Positions 20,047 through 20,533 of a DNA stretch of 20,533 nt are shown here, one piece after another (position 1 is the stretch's first letter; every line of letters begins with the position of its first letter). The notes under the pieces were generated by a model. It worked only from the letters and a program-made list of their open reading frames with translations. It searched no databases and was not told where the DNA came from. Made by a program: the position numbers and the translations under genes. The DNA comes from Ginkgo biloba (taxonomy: Eukaryota; Plantae; Ginkgophyta): NCBI GenBank assembly GCA_024626585.2, contig JANKJI020000002.1, positions 76,445,232-76,465,764 of the forward strand. The letters run 5' to 3'.

Positions 20047-20533
20047 AATATAATATCTCATTTGCAAAAAAATACAAGTGAAACTATGAACCATTTTACT
20101 TGCAAGTTATCTTTACCTATACCTACACCTATTAAACAACTTTCACTTATATCTCTTTAACAAAATTTGACTTGCAACCACATGCAAATGAATCTCACTT
20201 ATACCATGATGCAAGTGAAACCATAAATAATGTCACCTACAATTTTTCTTCACCTATACCTATACTTATTAGAAAAATTCCACCTATAAATTTAGTACTT
20301 TTTTATAAATGGTTCTCACTTGCGCTAAGATGTAGGTCTAAGTCCAATAATCGTTTTAATTACAATTTATTTTCAACTATACCTCTAATAGAATTTCACT
20401 TGCAATAATATATAAGCAAATTTCATTTGAAACCACATCGATTCACCTTCAACTTTTTCACTTGTAGTTGCATTTGCATCCCTCTATGTGCATTCACCTA
20501 TAATCGTATACATATCATTCAGACAATTCTCAC

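Overview
This is AT-rich, CpG-depleted eukaryotic DNA, most likely from a seed plant. The transposon motifs look gymnosperm-like, but that is inference. The assembly is fragmented: nine gaps are exactly 100 N and there are many shorter gaps, so neighbouring 1-2.5 kb blocks may not be true neighbours. I found no intact gene. The window is mostly decayed transposons: Ty3/gypsy gag remnants (172-760, 11585-12010), a non-chromovirus Ty3/gypsy integrase (6531-7357), several PPT-LTR junctions, a short Ty1/copia-type LTR, LINE fragments, an internally deleted hAT transposase (16270-17480, minus) and a decayed accessory ORF. The one host-gene sequence is a plant Kunitz (STI-type) protease inhibitor pseudogene (10215-10664), lying just downstream of a nested hairpin-bearing tandem repeat (9116-9872). 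A 25-bp minisatellite with a partial 75-bp higher-order pattern and inverted motif copies closes the window. All protein calls come from manual translation and motif recognition, not database searches. I found no well-supported novel biological system; the best leads are listed under findings.
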